In this document: positions 60,991 to 64,000 of the stretch, piece by piece
Layout of the letters: each line of letters starts with the position of its first letter
Numbering within the stretch: position 1 is the first letter of the stretch
Virus record (IMG/VR): IMGVR_UViG_3300042889_001503
Location: 124,001 to 188,000 of that record
DNA: 64,000 nucleotides
Reading direction: 5' to 3' (one strand)
The notes under the pieces: generated by a model
Told to the model about the DNA's origin: nothing
Database searches by the model: none
Seen by the model: only the letters and a program-made list of their open reading frames with translations
Program-made: the position numbers and the translations under genes

Positions 60991-61216
60991 AGAAATGGTG
61001 AACCACCCGGAACATTACGGAGGTCAGGACAATCCTTATGAGGTTGTAAAAGTTTGTGAAGCTTGGGGTCTTGATAAAGACGCTTACATCTTCAACGTTG
61101 TTAAATATGTTGCAAGAGCGGGTAAGAAAGATACCGATAAAGAACTTCAGGATATGAAGAAAGCGTTGTGGTATTTAAATCGTAAAATTGAAAGATTAGA
61201 AAGTGGAAATCAATAA
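60983..61216 (+). CDS. DUF3310 family protein
   Basis: VNHPEHY, NVVKYVARAGKK, DMKKALWYL. Confidence 0.88.
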   Translation: MNKEMVNHPEHYGGQDNPYEVVKVCEAWGLDKDAYIFNVVKYVARAGKKDTDKELQDMKKALWYLNRKIERLESGNQ

Positions 61217-61370
61217 AGAATATATTGAATCAATAATAGGACTTGAAATTGATGATTTCAAAGTAGAGGAATTAATAGACGACGAAGACATTATAAATGT
61301 TAAAGTTAAACCTAAGGTATTACCCAAATATATTAACATTTCAATAAAAATAGATAAAGTAGATGTATAA
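61203..61370 (+). CDS. Small hypothetical protein (55 aa, GTG start, not in ORF track)
   Basis: VEINKEYIESIIGLEIDDFKVEEL...IKIDKVDV fills the gap and overlaps both neighbours. Confidence 0.5.
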   Translation: MEINKEYIESIIGLEIDDFKVEELIDDEDIINVKVKPKVLPKYINISIKIDKVDV

Positions 61371-61668
61371 AGTAACAGTAGATATTGACCAATACGCGGA
61401 AGGTGCGATTTTATTGGATGGTTTAGAGAGTGCAATTATTGGTATTGTTGAGGACTTTGGTTCTCCGGGAAGAAAGATATTATATTCAAAACGAGAGATA
61501 TTAAACATCTTACAAGAAAGAGACTTAATGACTATGGGTGAAGCGGAAGAGTTTTACGATTATAATATATTAGGATTATATGCTGGTGAACAGAACGCAG
61601 TGTTTTTAGACCAAGGTTTAGAACCAATTAAAAATGAAGAAAACGAGTGGGAATACCACGTAAAATAA
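61363..61668 (+). CDS. Phage hypothetical protein
   Basis: 'LDGLESAIIG...YS...EAEEFYDYNILGLYAGE', a pattern recalled from many phages. Confidence 0.65.
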   Translation: MYKVTVDIDQYAEGAILLDGLESAIIGIVEDFGSPGRKILYSKREILNILQERDLMTMGEAEEFYDYNILGLYAGEQNAVFLDQGLEPIKNEENEWEYHVK

Positions 61669-61672
61669 TAAA

Positions 61673-62533
61673 ATGATAGAAACAGGAAAGATAATTAATG
61701 GAGATTGTATTGAGGTAATGAAAACATTTCCTGAAGGTTCAATTGATTTACTAGTAACATCACCACCATATAATGTAAACATTTCGTATGATGTTCATAA
61801 GGATGATTTACCAATGGAGGAATATTACGAGTGGTCAAAGGATTGGTTGAGAGAGGCGTTCCGAGTATTAAAAGATGATGGTCGAATTGCTGTGAATGTC
61901 CCAAATGAATTGAATGTCCAAGAAAGAGGTGGGAGAATATTATTCGTTGCCGAGTTTTGGATGTTAATGAAAGAAGTTGGGTTTAAATTTAGTGGGTTAG
62001 TCGACCTTACGGAAGATAGTCCACATAGAGTTCGACAAACGGCTTGGGGTTCTTGGATGAGTGCGTCAGCACCTTATATCTATAATCCTAAAGAGTGTAT
62101 CATATTGGCTTATAAGAAAAGTAGTAAAAAATTAACTAAAGGAGTTTCACAATGGATGGGAATATCAACTGAGGTTACTACTGAAGATGGTAAGGTTAAA
62201 AACAAAATGATTTATCAGGACGAAGATAAAAAAGAATTTATGAATTTGGTGTTTGGTAGATGGGAATATTTTGCGGATACTAGGTCATTAACTAAAGCCA
62301 CATTCTCAATGGACATTCCATCAAAGGCGATTAAGATATTGTCTTATAAAAATGATATTGTTCTTGACCCTTTTATGGGAAGTGGGACTTCAGCTTTTGC
62401 GGCTGAGTTATTAGATAGACGATGGATTGGAATTGAGTTATCTCCGGATTATACAGAAATTGCAAGGAAAAGAGTTCAATCATTAATTGATGAACGAAAA
62501 CAAACAAAATTAGAATTAAAAGAAGAGGTGTAA
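61673..62533 (+). CDS. Site-specific DNA methyltransferase, N4/N6 family beta class (SPPY suggests m4C)
   Basis: GDC, VTSPPYN, VLDPFMGSGT, IGIEL. Confidence 0.9.
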   Translation: MIETGKIINGDCIEVMKTFPEGSIDLLVTSPPYNVNISYDVHKDDLPMEEYYEWSKDWLREAFRVLKDDGRIAVNVPNELNVQERGGRILFVAEFWMLMKEVGFKFSGLVDLTEDSPHRVRQTAWGSWMSASAPYIYNPKECIILAYKKSSKKLTKGVSQWMGISTEVTTEDGKVKNKMIYQDEDKKEFMNLVFGRWEYFADTRSLTKATFSMDIPSKAIKILSYKNDIVLDPFMGSGTSAFAAELLDRRWIGIELSPDYTEIARKRVQSLIDERKQTKLELKEEV

Positions 62534-62549
62534 TAACCTCTTTTTTATT
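62523..62549 (+). terminator. Intrinsic terminator
   Basis: AAGAGGT-gtaata-ACCTCTT-TTTT. Confidence 0.75.
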
Positions 62550-62556
62550 TTCTGTA

Positions 62557-62564
62557 TATTTATA
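62557..62564 (+). promoter_or_regulatory. TATTTATA motif
   Basis: 15 nt upstream of the ATG at 62580. Confidence 0.6.
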
Positions 62565-62579
62565 ACTAAAACAATTACT

Positions 62580-62936
62580 ATGGCAAAAAGATTTATAATT
62601 TCGGAAGATGAAAAAAGAGATATCCGTTCAAGATATGGTTTAGTTAATGAACAAAATGATGGTTTTGAACTTAAAAAAGGGATACAATGTTTCCTTAACA
62701 AAAAAGGTTATAAAGATGATGCGAATCAACCATTAAAAGTTGACGGATTACTAGCGGGTAAAACAGCGGAAGCTTTAAGTAAATATCAATCTAAGATTGG
62801 TGTTACCGCAGATGGTGTTTGGGGTCCTGAAACACAAAATAAAATGTCTGATAAAGACGTTCAACTTTTTAAACAATGTGTATCCGATGAAGGTAGTTTC
62901 ATTGATAAAGGTTTACATATGTTTGGTTTAGATTAA
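62580..62936 (+). CDS. Peptidoglycan-binding domain protein with ISEDEK..LVNEQ leader
   Basis: IQCFLN..GY..L.VDG..G.KT..AL..YQ..IG..ADGVWGPET (PG_binding_1). Confidence 0.8.
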   Translation: MAKRFIISEDEKRDIRSRYGLVNEQNDGFELKKGIQCFLNKKGYKDDANQPLKVDGLLAGKTAEALSKYQSKIGVTADGVWGPETQNKMSDKDVQLFKQCVSDEGSFIDKGLHMFGLD

Positions 62937-64000
62937 TGAAAAAACTTATAAAAGAAAGTGGATTAAGAGACATTAACGCTCTTGCTAAAAGATACCCTAA
63001 AGCTGAAATATATTTTCACCAAGATTTAGATGGTGTAACTACGGCTATTGCGATGAAAGAATATCTTAAGAATAATGGTATTGATGTAATAGATTCTCAT
63101 ATCATCCAATATGGTGATAAAGAGTTCGCTGTAAAGAAGAATGACGCTAAAGGGGACGTGATGCCTGTTTTAGTTGATTTTGCTCACGGAAAACCAATGT
63201 TTGTGATTCACACAGACCACCACGATAGACAAGCCGGAGCTGAAGACACTAAATCAACATCATTTAGAAGTTCCCGTTCAAATGTTGAGACAATCTCTCA
63301 GGTAGTTTCTCCAAAAGAATTATTCCCATCCTCAGACATATTACTTATTTCTACTGTAGATTCTGCAAACTATGCGGTTAACGATATTTCAGTGGACCAA
63401 GTAATCTCTTACTTATTCAGATTAGATAAAGAGAAATCGTTAGAAAAGAATAAAATGTTAATGGGGTTAGTTGTTAACAAACTATTATTAGCGTTTAAAA
63501 ACAAACCAGGGTTCTTAGAGACATTGGTTATGGAATGTTCTCCATCGTTATTAAATATACTTCACACCATTAAACGAATAATGGTTGAGAAAGGATACGC
63601 GAAACCGGACCAACTTGAAAAGAATAAAGAAGACTATGTCACATCAATGCAAACTAACCCTAATGTTAAAGTATTAGGTAATGTTATTGTTCAATATGGT
63701 GGGGGTTCAATGTTTAAGCCAGGTTCTTACGATAGATACACACCATTCAAAAATAATCCTGAGGCTGACTTTATTGTTATTGCTTGGCCGTTAGGGTTAG
63801 TTCAAGCGTCTTGTAACCCATTCAAAGGAGAACGTCAATTAAAAGGTGTGAATTTAGGTGAGATTGCCCAAGAGGTATTATCAAAATGGGAGGACCAATT
63901 AAAACAAAGAGAGATAACCCTTTCAACAATTAAATGGATTTCAGAATCATCAAAAGATTTTAATTCGGAATCAACAGGATTTACCTTTAAAGATTTTGTT
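62936..64000 (+). CDS. DHH-family phosphoesterase (3' truncated; not in ORF track)
   Basis: MKKLIKES...FHQDLDG...LVDFAH...HTDHHD...SRSN...STVDSA; open to the window end. Confidence 0.8.
   Translation, partial: MKKLIKESGLRDINALAKRYPKAEIYFHQDLDGVTTAIAMKEYLKNNGIDVIDSHIIQYGDKEFAVKKNDAKGDVMPVLVDFAHGKPMFVIHTDHHDRQAGAEDTKSTSFRSSRSNVETISQVVSPKELFPSSDILLISTVDSANYAVNDISVDQVISYLFRLDKEKSLEKNKMLMGLVVNKLLLAFKNKPGFLETLVMECSPSLLNILHTIKRIMVEKGYAKPDQLEKNKEDYVTSMQTNPNVKVLGNVIVQYGGGSMFKPGSYDRYTPFKNNPEADFIVIAWPLGLVQASCNPFKGERQLKGVNLGEIAQEVLSKWEDQLKQREITLSTIKWISESSKDFNSESTGFTFKDFV

Noticed and set aside
49532-62533. Complete restriction-modification systems
   Set aside because: No recognisable restriction endonuclease is adjacent to either methyltransferase, so they are treated as orphans.
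1346-62701. Short antisense or alternative-frame ORFs in the track (e.g. 2668, 3261, 5230, 14995, 16997, 26817, 37967, 44945, 48409, 52751, 61695)
   Set aside because: Fully nested in longer genes with recognisable content; they are shadows of low-complexity or biased codons.
1-64000. Alternative genetic code (TAG/TGA reassignment, as in some large phages)
   Set aside because: Long ORFs tile the window in code 11. Paralogues 50485 and 51918 end at the same residue (MEE) with TAG and TAA respectively.
1-64000. tRNA, rRNA or structured ncRNA genes
   Set aside because: Intergenic gaps are short and AT-rich. No cloverleaf or rRNA-like sequence was seen by eye, and no scan was run.

Overview
This 64 kb window is AT-rich, gene-dense and read in the standard genetic code. 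It looks like a segment of a large (jumbo-type) tailed dsDNA phage, probably infecting Bacteroidota. The host inference rests on four TTTG-N19/20-TAnnTTTG host-type promoters, a Bacteroidota-type short sigma70, SprB repeats, a DUF6576-like tail, an Hc1-like protein and A-rich, SD-less translation starts. Layout: (1) 1-30.8 kb is a baseplate/tail/fibre module of large Cys-, Thr- and Pro-rich proteins in two converging arms, with a RuvC-like gene at the junction. (2) 30.9-40.5 kb holds replication and recombination genes (primase, PD-(D/E)XK nuclease, split Mre11/Rad50) plus the sigma factor. (3) 40.5-46 kb holds membrane/lysis-like and probable internal head genes. (4) 46-64 kb is an accessory mix: DnaJ, two DNA methyltransferases, tandem LRR paralogues, PcfJ-like, Trx/Grx, DUF3310, PG-binding and DHH phosphoesterase genes. 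The most notable signals are a catalytically degenerate MetK (SAM synthetase)-like protein; a TATTTAT upstream-motif regulon whose members share an N-terminal [LIV]-x-E leader (candidate capsid-targeting or protease-processing system for packaged cargo); Mre11/Rad50 with an apparently relocated domain boundary; an SprB-PT-PEBP fusion; and apparent GATC avoidance. All family assignments were made by eye from motifs. No searches were run.
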